Below, in pieces: positions 9,832 to 20,251 of a stretch of DNA of 64,000 nucleotides. A program made the position numbers and the translations under genes. Position 1 is the stretch's first letter, and every line of letters starts with the position of its first letter. This stretch comes from an archaeon (lineage in GTDB: Archaea > Micrarchaeota > Micrarchaeia > Anstonellales > Bilamarchaeaceae), in assembly GCA_020053355.1 (NCBI GenBank), contig JAGVNI010000007.1:70838-134837 (forward strand). The letters run 5' to 3'. The notes under the pieces are model-generated. The model had not been told where the DNA came from. It saw only the letters and a program-made list of their open reading frames with translations, and did not search any database.

Positions 9832-12123
9832 TCACCCGGCCTCGAAAATCTTCATCTTGGCCTTCCACTGCTCGACCGCGTCCTTGAACTTGTCCTTGCT
9901 TACGAACAGGATGGAATCCAGCAGGCGGTTGCGCATGATGACTATCACCGTCTTGTCGCCGACAGCCGCGAAGCTCTGCGGCTGGTGCTGGCCGAGGTTC
10001 TTCGCCAGCGCGTGCATGTACGAGAACAATTTCATGCCGAGGGCGGTCATCACCGTGCTCCCCCCTTCGGAGAATTCCGCGAGGATGACCTTTTCCTGCT
10101 TCATGATGATGGCGCCCTTAAGGAGGCCCTTCCCGAGCATTTCCTGGACGAGCTGGTCCGGCGACACCTTCCTCTTCTTTATGACATCGCGCTCGAAACT
10201 GAGGCCTTCCACCCCGGCCTCCTTGGCATACCTGCCGAGCGCCCAGCCGCGCAGTGATGCGGGCACGGTAACCAGGGAGGTCACATAGACCTCGTTCTGC
10301 TCGTCGAGCATCTTTGTGATGCTGTCTTTCCACCTGGGCCAGTTGTCGTCGGCCAGCTTCTTCCTTCCCTTCAGGCTGGATACCGCATTCTCGACCCTTG
10401 CCAGATAATCATCGATCAAAGCCTTGCTCCTTGCGGTCATGTCCTTTGTGAGTATGTCTATCTTCTCCGATTTCACGGTCGTGAAGACGTCATATTCCTT
10501 GCTGATGTCGAAATCCTCCTTGGCGTATTCTTCCACCAGCGATTCAAGCTCCTTCATCCTGTCTTTGAGGGAGGCGGCCTTGGCGAGGAACATGTCCTTC
10601 TCCTGCCGTATCACGATGCCGTATGCCCGCTCAAGCACGGTAATCTTCGCGAAATTCTCAAGGGCGAAATACGCCATCAGGACGCCTATCAGCGTCATTC
10701 CTATCGCTATCACGCCCATGTCGTTCTTCATGAGGAAATCCAACGACTCAAGGAGGGGGGGAATGCTCGCAGGCGGCGTCGCGACGACTGTCGCCATGTA
10801 ATACCCGGCCGCCAGCATCACCACGGCGACGACCATATCAGCCTTCCAGCGCACGTCCGTCCTGCCGAACGCCTTCCGGAAGCCTGTCGTGAGGCTTGCT
10901 CCGGCGACCCTTTCGCTAATCATCGTGAATGCGAGCACGATGATGTTGTATATGAACAGGAGGACAGCCAGCGTAACGCCTACTGCAGCGCCGAAGGCCA
11001 GGAAATAGTTCTTCAGGATGCCGTTGAATGCCAGGAGGATGAAATTCGTCGGCGCGAGAGGAAGGAGGTTTATGTGCTTGACCCGGATGTCCGGCGTCCG
11101 CATCCCTGCGATGACGTTGTCCGGCGCCTCCTGGGACTGGAACTCGTAATATAACTGGTATCCCTCCTCGTTCGACTTTGCCGACGTCCAGTTGACAATG
11201 GAATATCCGCCTGACTCGGTTGCGGAGATGGACTGTATCGATGAGATGCTTTCGGTGTCGAGCACCATGTTCGACGGGACCTTGTCCGTGATGCCCATTC
11301 CCGCCACCTCGACTCCGATGTCCTGCCCGCCGCTTGTAGATACGGGCTTGACCGTAACCAGGACGTGGTAGCGGTAGCTGGCGTTCTGCACCGTGTACGT
11401 GCCGACCTTCCGGGTGGCTTCAAGCATGTACGGGATGCCGAAATCCGAGTGGGTGCACAGCCCGAACTCGTCACTCGAGTAGATGGGATTCGCGTTTATC
11501 TCCGCGATGCGGTTGATTATCAGCCTGGTCTTGCCGAGGAACTCGTCCCTCTCCGTATCAGTGCCCTCGCGGAGCGTGAGCACCATCCTGCGGGCATCAA
11601 GGAGAAGCGAGCGTATCTCGTTGTTCGCCTTCACGTATGATATCATGGACCCTGCAAGGACCTCCTCGTCCGATGCGGCGATTTTCCTGCATTTCTGCGA
11701 TGCGCTCGAACATAGCTTCGTGCATGTCGAGACATCCGAGCAGACCACGTTGCTGAGGCCGATATTGGCGCTGCATGCCGTGTCTGCCTGTATCCTGGAT
11801 TTGGAGAACTCGTCAAGGCTCTGGTCGGCTACCAGGAGGTCGACATCTGTCAAATTCGGGTTGACCGAAGTATAGACCGCAGAGGTGTCCACAGTGACAG
11901 TGACCTGCCTCTGGATTGTCATGCCGGCTTCCTTGTTGGAAACCGGCGAGAAGTCATAAATCAAATAATCCGCGCTACCGTCCCCGTCCAGGTCGGTAGG
12001 CTGGGCGCTGGTCACCTGCTCGGCCTTTCCCCCTTGGTACGGGCTTTCACCAAGGCAGCCAAAACCCATCAGGAATATTGCAAACAATAAGACTATGCAC
12101 CGGCGCATGAAGTGTGTTTCCAA
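9832..12123 (-). CDS. Large membrane protein (763 aa): signal peptide, extracellular domain, multi-TM core, cytoplasmic coiled-coil tail
   Basis: The N-terminus has a hydrophobic signal sequence (RRCIVLLFAIFLMGFGC). Several TM helices lie mid-protein and the C-terminal 250 aa are charged and helical. I recognise no family. Confidence 0.55.
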   Translation of the reverse strand: METHFMRRCIVLLFAIFLMGFGCLGESPYQGGKAEQVTSAQPTDLDGDGSADYLIYDFSPVSNKEAGMTIQRQVTVTVDTSAVYTSVNPNLTDVDLLVADQSLDEFSKSRIQADTACSANIGLSNVVCSDVSTCTKLCSSASQKCRKIAASDEEVLAGSMISYVKANNEIRSLLLDARRMVLTLREGTDTERDEFLGKTRLIINRIAEINANPIYSSDEFGLCTHSDFGIPYMLEATRKVGTYTVQNASYRYHVLVTVKPVSTSGGQDIGVEVAGMGITDKVPSNMVLDTESISSIQSISATESGGYSIVNWTSAKSNEEGYQLYYEFQSQEAPDNVIAGMRTPDIRVKHINLLPLAPTNFILLAFNGILKNYFLAFGAAVGVTLAVLLFIYNIIVLAFTMISERVAGASLTTGFRKAFGRTDVRWKADMVVAVVMLAAGYYMATVVATPPASIPPLLESLDFLMKNDMGVIAIGMTLIGVLMAYFALENFAKITVLERAYGIVIRQEKDMFLAKAASLKDRMKELESLVEEYAKEDFDISKEYDVFTTVKSEKIDILTKDMTARSKALIDDYLARVENAVSSLKGRKKLADDNWPRWKDSITKMLDEQNEVYVTSLVTVPASLRGWALGRYAKEAGVEGLSFERDVIKKRKVSPDQLVQEMLGKGLLKGAIIMKQEKVILAEFSEGGSTVMTALGMKLFSYMHALAKNLGQHQPQSFAAVGDKTVIVIMRNRLLDSILFVSKDKFKDAVEQWKAKMKIFEAG

Positions 12124-12159
12124 GGTGTTCTTTTAAAATCTTGCCGCGGACGCTAATAT

Positions 12160-13440
12160 ATGCAGAAGGTGTTAGCGCGGGTCTTGCCGGCGATAAAACC
12201 GAGCCCCGAAGAGCTTTCGGCGGAACTGGCTTTCGCTGAGCTCATGGTCGCGCACATCCGGGACAACGCCCCCAAGGGATGCGATGTGGTCCTGACCGGC
12301 TCGATGGCGAAGCGCACGTTCCTTCGCGACAAGAGGGACATCGACATCTTCGTCCTCTTTAACCGCTCGGTGCCGAGGGATTCGCTGGAATCCTTCATCA
12401 AGGACATAATGGCATCATCATTCCCTGGCCTGGGCTACCAGTTGAGCTACGCGGAGCATCCGTACTCGCGCTTCCATTTCGAAGGGAGGCGGATAGACCT
12501 GGTCCCTGCGTACAAGATAACGAAAGCAGCGGAGCGAATCAGCTCTGTGGACCGCTCGGTCCTCCACACGGGATTCGTGAATTCCCGCCTGAAAAAAAAG
12601 CAGGTGGACGACGTATTGCTCCTCAAGCAGTTCCTCCGGGGAAACGGGATTTACGGGGCGGAAATCAAGATAGAAGGATTCTCCGGGTACCTCTGTGAAC
12701 TCCTGGTAATCAGGTACGGCGGCTTCCCGGCCCTTCTGAAAGCTGCGGCCAAATGGAAGGCGGGGGCCCCAGCCGGATTATTCATCGATATCAAGAAATA
12801 CTACAAGATTGCCGAAGCCAAGGAAGCGGCGAAACGCTTCTGCAGTCCCCTAGTCGTTATAGACCCAACCGACAAGAACCGCAATGTCGCCGCGGCGGTC
12901 TCTGAAGCCAACCTTAAGCTGTTCATCTCGCTAAGCAAGGCATTCATAAAGAAACCCGCCGAGGGGCACTTCTTCAAGAAACCGGTCACATTCGATGAGC
13001 AGGCCGCAAGGGCATCGAAGGGGAAAAAGCTCTTCCTGCTTTCCATGCCCCGGCCGGACATCGTGGACGATATCCTCTGGGGCCAGTTGCACAAGATGCT
13101 CGGGCAGCTGAAATCCCATCTGAAGGAGTTCGGCCCCAAGGCAATCCTGGCAGACGATTCGCGCCATCTTGTCCGCCTCGCCATCATATTGGAACATGAC
13201 CGCCTTCCGGATAAGATGCTCGTTGCGGGCCCGCCATTGGCAATGAAGAAGCATGTCATTGAATTCAAGAAGCGGCACAAAAAGGGGAAATTCATTATCA
13301 AGAAGAAGAAGCTCTTCGCCGAGGTGAAGCGCCCGGTCGTAAAGGCCGAGGACGCGATTCATGCGTTCTTCCGCGCGTTCGCGACGACGCGTTCGCATCT
13401 CGCGTACCCGGAAGAGATGCTTGTCATTGAGCGAAAATAA
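12160..13440 (+). CDS. cca: CCA-adding tRNA nucleotidyltransferase, archaeal class I
   Basis: 426 aa. A Pol-beta-like NTase motif (GSMAKRTFLRDKRDIDIFVLF) and the overall layout match archaeal CCA enzymes. Confidence 0.85.
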   Translation: MQKVLARVLPAIKPSPEELSAELAFAELMVAHIRDNAPKGCDVVLTGSMAKRTFLRDKRDIDIFVLFNRSVPRDSLESFIKDIMASSFPGLGYQLSYAEHPYSRFHFEGRRIDLVPAYKITKAAERISSVDRSVLHTGFVNSRLKKKQVDDVLLLKQFLRGNGIYGAEIKIEGFSGYLCELLVIRYGGFPALLKAAAKWKAGAPAGLFIDIKKYYKIAEAKEAAKRFCSPLVVIDPTDKNRNVAAAVSEANLKLFISLSKAFIKKPAEGHFFKKPVTFDEQAARASKGKKLFLLSMPRPDIVDDILWGQLHKMLGQLKSHLKEFGPKAILADDSRHLVRLAIILEHDRLPDKMLVAGPPLAMKKHVIEFKKRHKKGKFIIKKKKLFAEVKRPVVKAEDAIHAFFRAFATTRSHLAYPEEMLVIERK

Positions 13441-13481
13441 TAAAGTTCCATTTATATTCATTTCTATACACATCCAGTCAC

Positions 13482-14306
13482 ATGGCTTCTGGTAACAAAC
13501 AGGTGCGCACAGGAACCGCCCTTCCGGCTTTCCAGGGCTTCGACCCGGGGAAGGCTTCGGAGCGGCTAAGCTCGTTTTGCGATAAGTTCCATATCGATCC
13601 GGAAACAATCCGGCGCATCATCGTAGAACCCGTCCTCCAAAGCGGGGAAGTAATCTCATTCATGGGCGAAGCCCCTCTCTACGCATACGCCTGCGGGACG
13701 CAGACCGATGCCATAACGCGGATGGCCGAAAAAGTGATGGTTGCCTCAGGCATCGCCCAAAATCCCGAAGCAAAGGATGCCAAGCTTGAACTCTGGCGGA
13801 TTCTCCGGGATTTCTCGGTCGGCTACGGCATCCCGGTGGAGGAGCAGCTCGGGCTGATTACAAAAAGGGGATTGCAGGACAAGTTCAATTTCCAATCCGT
13901 TCATACGCTGACCGCCATGCGCTTCATGATGGACCTAGCCGGCAGATTGGAAGGGCATCTTCCATCCTTCGGCAGGATAAAATCCGCTTACATAGACATC
14001 TGGCCCGAGAACATGGGGCCGGAAACGTTTTCCGCCGTCTTCAACATGTTCATCCAGGGGCAGGTGCCCACAACCCAGGAAGACGGCTCGGCCCTCAACG
14101 TCTTCCCGACGCATTGCCGCTCCCTGACAACCCCGCCCCTCAAACCGGATACTCCGTATATCGTATCCACAACCAACCTATCGGGCGCCTATTCCTTAGC
14201 GAGCATCCTGCCCCCGGAGGAATCGCTTGGCATAAGGCTGGACCTCCTTCTCTGGAGGAAGGCCGACACGCTCATAATAGCGGATGTCACAGGCTCATTC
14301 GCGTAG
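13482..14306 (+). CDS. Hypothetical protein (274 aa)
   Basis: Complete ORF with codon usage typical of the flanks. No recognisable family. Confidence 0.5.
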   Translation: MASGNKQVRTGTALPAFQGFDPGKASERLSSFCDKFHIDPETIRRIIVEPVLQSGEVISFMGEAPLYAYACGTQTDAITRMAEKVMVASGIAQNPEAKDAKLELWRILRDFSVGYGIPVEEQLGLITKRGLQDKFNFQSVHTLTAMRFMMDLAGRLEGHLPSFGRIKSAYIDIWPENMGPETFSAVFNMFIQGQVPTTQEDGSALNVFPTHCRSLTTPPLKPDTPYIVSTTNLSGAYSLASILPPEESLGIRLDLLLWRKADTLIIADVTGSFA

Positions 14307-14327
14307 CGTTTCTGTTATCGCCCGGTT

Positions 14328-14846
14328 TCATCCCGCAAGGTTGCTGATGCCGACAATGAAGACTATCCAGGCTCCCCAGTAAATCAGCGAAGGGAGCAGC
14401 ACAGCCACGGCCGCCTGCCAGAATCCCAGCTTGTTTATCTCACGCAGGCCCCGGAAAGCATTGCCGAAGGACACCAGTGGCGTAAGCTCGCCGACGCAAG
14501 GCACCCACGCAAGAAGAAGGGACGGCGTCGAAGCGTAGAAATACACCTGGAATGTGTCTGCCATTGGGCGTTTCCCACCGAAAAGGCCAATCAGGAAATG
14601 CGATATCACCGGGAGGAAAAACCCGATGCCAAGCGCATATGTGAATGTGCCTAGGGCCATTGCGATTAGGGAGATGAAAACGTCCCTGGTTGCGACGAAT
14701 GCAAGCGCAAAATTCGCCACGCTTCCGAAAACGAGAAGGATGATGAAATATGTGAGCGAGGAAACGAATCCTTCCTTAAGCAGCCCAACGAATTCCTTCT
14801 CCTCGGTGCTCCATATCGTTTTCTTCAGCTTCTCAAGGAATCCCAC
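14328..14846 (-). CDS. Yip1-like small integral membrane protein
   Basis: 172 aa with 4-5 predicted TM helices and a soluble N-terminus, consistent with the Yip1/DUF1282 family. Confidence 0.45.
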   Translation of the reverse strand: MGFLEKLKKTIWSTEEKEFVGLLKEGFVSSLTYFIILLVFGSVANFALAFVATRDVFISLIAMALGTFTYALGIGFFLPVISHFLIGLFGGKRPMADTFQVYFYASTPSLLLAWVPCVGELTPLVSFGNAFRGLREINKLGFWQAAVAVLLPSLIYWGAWIVFIVGISNLAG

Positions 14847-14855
14847 CGTCTCACC

Positions 14856-16103
14856 TCAGAGCATCACTCTTTCGCCAGGAAGCGGGGCAACCGACTTGAA
14901 CCCGTGCTCCTCTTCCAGCTCTTGCGCGAAATCCTCGGGCTTGTCGCCGTGGACGAGGAGGATTTTCTCAGGGTTCGCCTTCTTGATGAACCTTAGGAGG
15001 TCGGTGCGCCCGGCATGCGCTGACAAATCCAGGTATTCGACCGGCAAGTCGACCGCCAGTTCCTGCCCGTCTTTCACGATATTGCCGTTGTTCTGGAGCA
15101 TCCAGCCGTTCGTCCCTTCCACGCAGTAGCCCGTGAAGATGATTTTCGATTCTGAGTTCGCATTGAAGATATAGTTCAGGACCGGCCCGCCGTTCAGCAT
15201 GCCCGCGGTGGATATTATCACCGAAGGCTCGCGAAGGGCAGCCTTCTTGTCCGGGATGGACTGCACCAGCGTCACGCTCCGGACCGCCTTCTTGAACGAG
15301 TCCGGGTCTTTTAGGTATTTGGGGTACGCCATGTAGATGCGCGACATCTCGCGGCCCATGCCGTCGACGAAAATCGGTATCTCCCGGTCGTAGCTCCGGA
15401 GAAGCGCAATCAATTCCTGCGTCCGGCCGAGGGCGAAAGCCGGGAGCAATACGTTCCCGCCGTTTTCCAGCGTCTCATAGATGCTCTCCATGAACTTCTC
15501 TTCCGCCTGCCTCCTCGGCGGGTGGTCCCTCTTGGCATACGTGCTTTCAATCATGAGGGTGTCCACGCCTTCGGCGAACTTCGCGCCCCTGTGCATGAAC
15601 GTCTCCTCGATTTTGAAGTCGCCGGTGTAAAAGAAGCTCTTGCCCCTGTGCGTTATCTCCACCATGGCCGCGCCGCTGATGTGGCCTGCGTCATACAGCT
15701 CGATTTTCGTCTCCCCGCTGTTTATCGGATGCCTGTATAAGAGCGGGTTCCAGAATTTCTGCGCCTTCTTGAGGTGCCCCAGGCGATAGGGCAAATCGTC
15801 CCCCATGATTTTCATCGAGTCCATCCAGAGGACTTCGCAGATGTCCTTCGTGGGCGGGGTCGAGTACCATCGTATCCGGTTCTGGACGTAAAGGGCGGGG
15901 ATGCAGCCCGAATGGTCCAGGTGCGCATGCGAGAGCACCATCATGTCCGGCTTGACCGGAGTCTCGAGGGGGAACTTGGCCTGCCCGCTCTCGTCGAATA
16001 TCTTGATTCCGTAGTCGAGCATGATGTTGCGGTCAGTATGAAGCATGAACGCGCTCCGCCCGACTTCCCTTGAGGCGCCCAAACATTCGACGAATGTCTC
16101 CAT
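14856..16103 (-). CDS. beta-CASP / metallo-beta-lactamase ribonuclease (aCPSF2/RNase J-like)
   Basis: The HxHxDH motif (SHAHLDHSG) plus downstream beta-CASP motifs. 415 aa, with no KH domains. Confidence 0.8.
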   Translation of the reverse strand: METFVECLGASREVGRSAFMLHTDRNIMLDYGIKIFDESGQAKFPLETPVKPDMMVLSHAHLDHSGCIPALYVQNRIRWYSTPPTKDICEVLWMDSMKIMGDDLPYRLGHLKKAQKFWNPLLYRHPINSGETKIELYDAGHISGAAMVEITHRGKSFFYTGDFKIEETFMHRGAKFAEGVDTLMIESTYAKRDHPPRRQAEEKFMESIYETLENGGNVLLPAFALGRTQELIALLRSYDREIPIFVDGMGREMSRIYMAYPKYLKDPDSFKKAVRSVTLVQSIPDKKAALREPSVIISTAGMLNGGPVLNYIFNANSESKIIFTGYCVEGTNGWMLQNNGNIVKDGQELAVDLPVEYLDLSAHAGRTDLLRFIKKANPEKILLVHGDKPEDFAQELEEEHGFKSVAPLPGERVML

Positions 16104-16177
16104 GGTGCAGAATCGGATACAAAACTTTAATAGTTACCTCTCCCCTTCAATCTTTGCTCCCAAGCACAGATGCCGTA

Positions 16178-18003
16178 TGGAAGGCCAGGCAATATTGGAT
16201 TTCGAGTGGATACTGCTGTTTGCCGCAATCGCCGGCATAGTCGCAGTCCGCCTCAGGATGCCACCCGTAGCAGGCCTGCTGCTTGCGGGGATGGTGATGG
16301 GCCCGAACATGCTCAACCTCGTCGACCTGCCCACGATAGACATGCTTGCAGAGCTCGGCGCGGTCCTCCTCCTATTCATGATAGGCGTCGAATTCTCAAT
16401 CACCAAGCTGCTTTCATCAGGCCTTCGCGCAATAATAAGCAGCGCCATCCTCGTCTTCCTCACGTTCACGGTGATGCACGAAGTGGCAATACTCCTCGGC
16501 TACGACTATGTGACCTCCCTTTTCATAGCCGCCATGCTCTCGCTGAGCAGTACGGCAATCATGATGAAGATTCTCGAGCAGAAGCGCCTGATAGACCGCC
16601 ATGAGACCCCCGTGCTCATCACCATGCTTATAATAGAGGACCTGATCGCCGTCTTCATGCTCACGTTCTTCTCCAGCATGAAATCCGGCACCTTCAGTTC
16701 CGAAGACCTAATCGGCGCAGTCCTAGTCTCCCTCGCGGTCATGGTGTTCGCCTATCTGGTGCTCCTTCGCTTCCTGAAAAAGTTCTCAACCCTGTTCTTG
16801 CGCTACCAGGCCGAGGATACGCTCATCCTCTTCGCGTTCGCCCTTGGCGTCGGCATGAGCGTGCTCGCCTCGGTCGTCGGGCTCACCCCCTCAATCGGCG
16901 CGTTCCTAGCAGGAAGCCTGATAGCCGGCCTGCCGATTGGCCGCGATGTCGAGCATGCGATTAGGCCTTTCAGCCATGTCTTCTCGTCATTCTTCTTCCT
17001 CTCGGTCGGGATGCTCATCAACCCGGCCGTCATGATAGTGTCCGCCGACCTAACAGCAATCCTGATAGCCGCATTCATGGTGACGGTGTTCCTTGCGACC
17101 GCATTCACATTCTTCTTAATCAGCTCCAGCGGGCGTTCGTCCGTCTTTGCCGGCCTGGCGATGCTGCCCCTGGGCGAGTTCTCCCTCCTTATCGCCAAGG
17201 AAGGCGTGGGCGTCGCATCCGCCGACCTGGTCGGTATAGCATCAATCGGCGTGCTGATCACTTCCCTGGCATGTTCCATCTCCTTGAACCGCAGCGAGCG
17301 CATGTACGCATGGCTCAAAGACAAACTGCCCGTCTGGTTCCTGGACAGCCTGAGGGACGCTTCCGGGTATTTCAGGAACGTCTTGTGCGCTTTCGAGCCG
17401 GGCGGGTACTTCCACCGTATTTTTATCGCCGAGCTGAAAAAGAGCTACTCCGACATCTTCTACATCGTGGGCGCGCTCATCTTCTATTATGCGGCGAAAC
17501 CGTACCTGCAATTCGAGATGGCCCTGTTCGGCTACAGCATCATGGCCTACTCGGCTCTTCTGATGCTGATGGCCGCCCTTTTCCTTGTTTCACTCACCCG
17601 CCTGTTGCTTTCAGCCAAGCGCATGTTCGACGCCCTCGCCACAATTTTCTCGAGGTCCACACCCCAGGCCAGCCGGGCGTCGATTGTCCGGAACATCCTG
17701 ATCGCCGGCACCCTTTTCATGCTGTTCGCCAACTCCTACCTGTTCATCGACATCCTGAAACTGCCCAAGGAATTCAACTGGGCGTCATTGCTCTTCGGCG
17801 TCCTGTCCGTCTTCTTCCTCTGGAGCGCCATCCGCGCATCATCGTTGTGGCTGTTCCTGCGCGAGCACAGGCCGCTCGACATCCTCAAAAGCCAGATTGT
17901 GGCCTCGAAAGACGATTTCATCATAGTAGGTGGTGACGGCGGCCCCAAGGAAAAGAAGAAGACGAAGACAGGCGGCAGGAAGAAGGTCATCTTCCTCAGA
18001 TAA
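16178..18003 (+). CDS. Monovalent cation:proton antiporter (CPA2/Na+/H+ exchanger family)
   Basis: The likely start is MEGQAILDFEWILLFAAIAG. The protein is polytopic (12 or more TM helices) with characteristic GxxxG-rich helices. The listed ORF starts upstream at 16045 with a non-membrane extension. Confidence 0.75.
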
Positions 18004-18057
18004 GCTCCGGACTGTGCTTGATAGCCGGGAAAAGCGGCAGAAGGGGACTGCACGCAA

Positions 18058-18544
18058 TATGGCCGGCATCGCTAAGTTTAAATTACGCGTATCCAGATAT
18101 CATATGTATATGCCGACGCTCGACCCAGTCGCGAAAAGCCTTCTTAACGGCGTAGCCCTGATACTGATTCTATACGTCGTTGCAGTGCCGTTTTTCATAT
18201 ACATCGAAGGCTTGACGATGATTGAATCCATTTACTTCGTCACGGTGTCGATAACAAGTGCCGGTTACGGGGACATAGTGCCTAAGACGGATGCGGGACG
18301 CATGTTCACGGTCGTCCTCCTGCTCTCCGGGGTTTCGATATTCTTCTATCATGTGACGCACATCGGCCAGTTCAAGGAGAGGATGATTGACCCGCACATC
18401 CAGCGCAGGCTCCAAATCCTCCGCAACCTGACCTCCCTCCAGGGCGGGGAAATGGAATCGGCCCAGCTCAAGAAAATCAAGGAGAAGATGTATCTGGACA
18501 AGGACAAGGGCGATGACCGGAACCAAGGGTTCGGTAGGCTATGA
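18058..18544 (+). CDS. Two-TM K+ channel (KcsA-like pore, filter TSAGYGD)
   Basis: The likely start is MAGIAKF. It has TM1, a pore helix, a selectivity filter (SITSAGYGD) and TM2. Its stop overlaps the next gene's ATG (ATGA). Confidence 0.7.
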
Positions 18545-19239
18545 ACGCCCCGGACCTCTATGGGGAGAAGTTCGCCAGGAATCCTATCACGAAGGCCCAG
18601 CAGGCCCGGGTGCAAAAGTCGGTATTCGCGATAATCGGCCTCGGAGGGACGGGCGGCTTCATACTCGAGAACCTGCTCCGGATGGGGGCCGAGAAGCTCG
18701 TTGTTTTCGACCACGACCGCTTCGAGCTCTCCAACTTCAACCGCCAGTCGCTCGCGACCGAGGAATTCCTGGACATGCCGAAAGTCCACGCGGCAATCGC
18801 GCGCGCAAAAACCATCAATAACGGCATCGACATCCGCACGCATGAGGAGTTCGGCGAAGAGTCGGGCCCGGCTATCAAAGGCGCCGACATCGTCCTGGAC
18901 GGGACGGACAACGTGAAATCGAAGCTCATCCTTTCCCGGATGGCCCGCTCAATGGAAATTCCGTATGTCTTCTGCTCAGCCCAGGATTCGCGGGGCATAG
19001 TCAGCGTCTTCACATCGTATCGGTTCGAGAAAGCATTCCACCTCCCGAAAGAGGAGGAAGCCCTCGAGCGCTACCAGATGTGCCAGAGCATCATCTGCCC
19101 AGCCGCTTCGCTCGCAGGGACGCTCGCAGCATCGCAGGCCGTTAATGTCCTTCTGAAAAAGCCCTTCGCCAAGGCCCCGCAGGCGATTTTCTTCGACCTC
19201 TTCAAAAAGGACGTGTTCTGGAAGGGGCGGCTCGGATGA
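18541..19239 (+). CDS. ThiF/MoeB/HesA-family E1-like protein (possibly TcdA-like)
   Basis: A Rossmann motif (AIIGLGGTGG) and the ThiF fold signature. It is short (232 aa) and lacks a CxxC zinc motif. Confidence 0.8.
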   Translation: MNAPDLYGEKFARNPITKAQQARVQKSVFAIIGLGGTGGFILENLLRMGAEKLVVFDHDRFELSNFNRQSLATEEFLDMPKVHAAIARAKTINNGIDIRTHEEFGEESGPAIKGADIVLDGTDNVKSKLILSRMARSMEIPYVFCSAQDSRGIVSVFTSYRFEKAFHLPKEEEALERYQMCQSIICPAASLAGTLAASQAVNVLLKKPFAKAPQAIFFDLFKKDVFWKGRLG

Positions 19240-19526
19240 ACGATTTCTTCGTGATTGCCCCGTGCGCTACCGCAAACGGTGTGGAGATTAAGCTTAACGG
19301 CAAGACTATTGACATGGCCAAAGCCGGGGCCGCGTTTACCAAGCTGGGCGATGTTGTGGGCAGCAGCCCGGTCGTCCTCCTTGCGAAAATCGGCGGCTAT
19401 TCCGTCAGCGTCTACGGGAGCGGAAGGATGATGGTGAAGGGAAAGCGCAAGCCGTCGGACAAGGCGGCAAATGCGCTTGCCAAGAAAATAGTCTCAGCTC
19501 TCGAAAAGGAAGGTGCGCTCATATGA
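19236..19526 (+). CDS. Small hypothetical protein (96 aa), coupled on both sides
   Basis: ATGA overlaps with both the upstream E1-like gene and the downstream PHP gene. No C-terminal GG. Confidence 0.5.
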   Translation: MNDFFVIAPCATANGVEIKLNGKTIDMAKAGAAFTKLGDVVGSSPVVLLAKIGGYSVSVYGSGRMMVKGKRKPSDKAANALAKKIVSALEKEGALI

Positions 19527-20188
19527 GAATCGATTTCCACGTCCACACGAATGCATCCATCGACTCCCTAATCGAGCCGAACGCCCTTGCAAGGAAATCC
19601 CTCGAAACCGGCATCATCCCGGCAATAGCGGACCACAACAATATCGGTTCGCATGCGAAGATGCGCGCCCTCAAGGCACCGTTCATACCGGCCGAGGAGA
19701 TTTCCACAGACAAGGGCGACCTGATAGGCCTATTCATCAGCGAGCTGATTCCCAAGAAGACGCCCATCCTTGAGGCAATCGACATAATCCACGCCCAGGG
19801 CGGCCTTGCCTACCTCCCGCACATGTTCGACTACGGGCGCTCGAAAGGCCGTGCGAGCGAGGGCGAATCGTCGAAAGCCGACATCATAGAAATCTTCAAC
19901 GCACGCTGCATGCGCAAGGAATACAACGAGAATGCGGCGGCGTTCGCGAAAGCGCACAAGCTTCCCGGCGCGGCAGGGAGCGACAGCCACTTCTTCTTCG
20001 AATTCGGCCGGACATACACCGACCTTCCGGATTTCGGCCCCGGCGACTTGGACAACCCGAAGACGCTCCTAAAATCCCTTCATACCCAAAACCCGAAACT
20101 CGTTACCCATACGGCCCCATTCTTTGTCCGGGGCACGACCTCAATCATCGCCATGACCAGGAAGCTTTCGCGCGCGCTCCGCAAATGA
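19523..20188 (+). CDS. PHP-domain metal-dependent phosphoesterase
   Basis: MRIDFHVHTNASIDS...AIADHNN...GSDSHF are the PHP His/Asp motifs. Confidence 0.8.
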   Translation: MRIDFHVHTNASIDSLIEPNALARKSLETGIIPAIADHNNIGSHAKMRALKAPFIPAEEISTDKGDLIGLFISELIPKKTPILEAIDIIHAQGGLAYLPHMFDYGRSKGRASEGESSKADIIEIFNARCMRKEYNENAAAFAKAHKLPGAAGSDSHFFFEFGRTYTDLPDFGPGDLDNPKTLLKSLHTQNPKLVTHTAPFFVRGTTSIIAMTRKLSRALRK

Positions 20189-20251
20189 CTGGCGCCATCC
20201 CTAAGGGAAAGGGCGAAATCTATTTAATGATAAGACAAGCATCCATCATCG

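Noticed and set aside
16170-17936. ORFs 16170..16604, 16803..17324 and 17271..17936, and similar ORFs within other transporter or polymerase genes.
   Set aside because: They are antisense or out of frame inside well-supported genes. Their products are Arg/Pro-rich and low-complexity, which is characteristic of spurious GC-rich frames.
19236-19526. The 96-aa protein next to ThiF as a ubiquitin-like SAMP/MoaD/ThiS.
   Set aside because: It has no C-terminal Gly-Gly and ends ...EKEGALI. A beta-grasp fold is not evident from the sequence.
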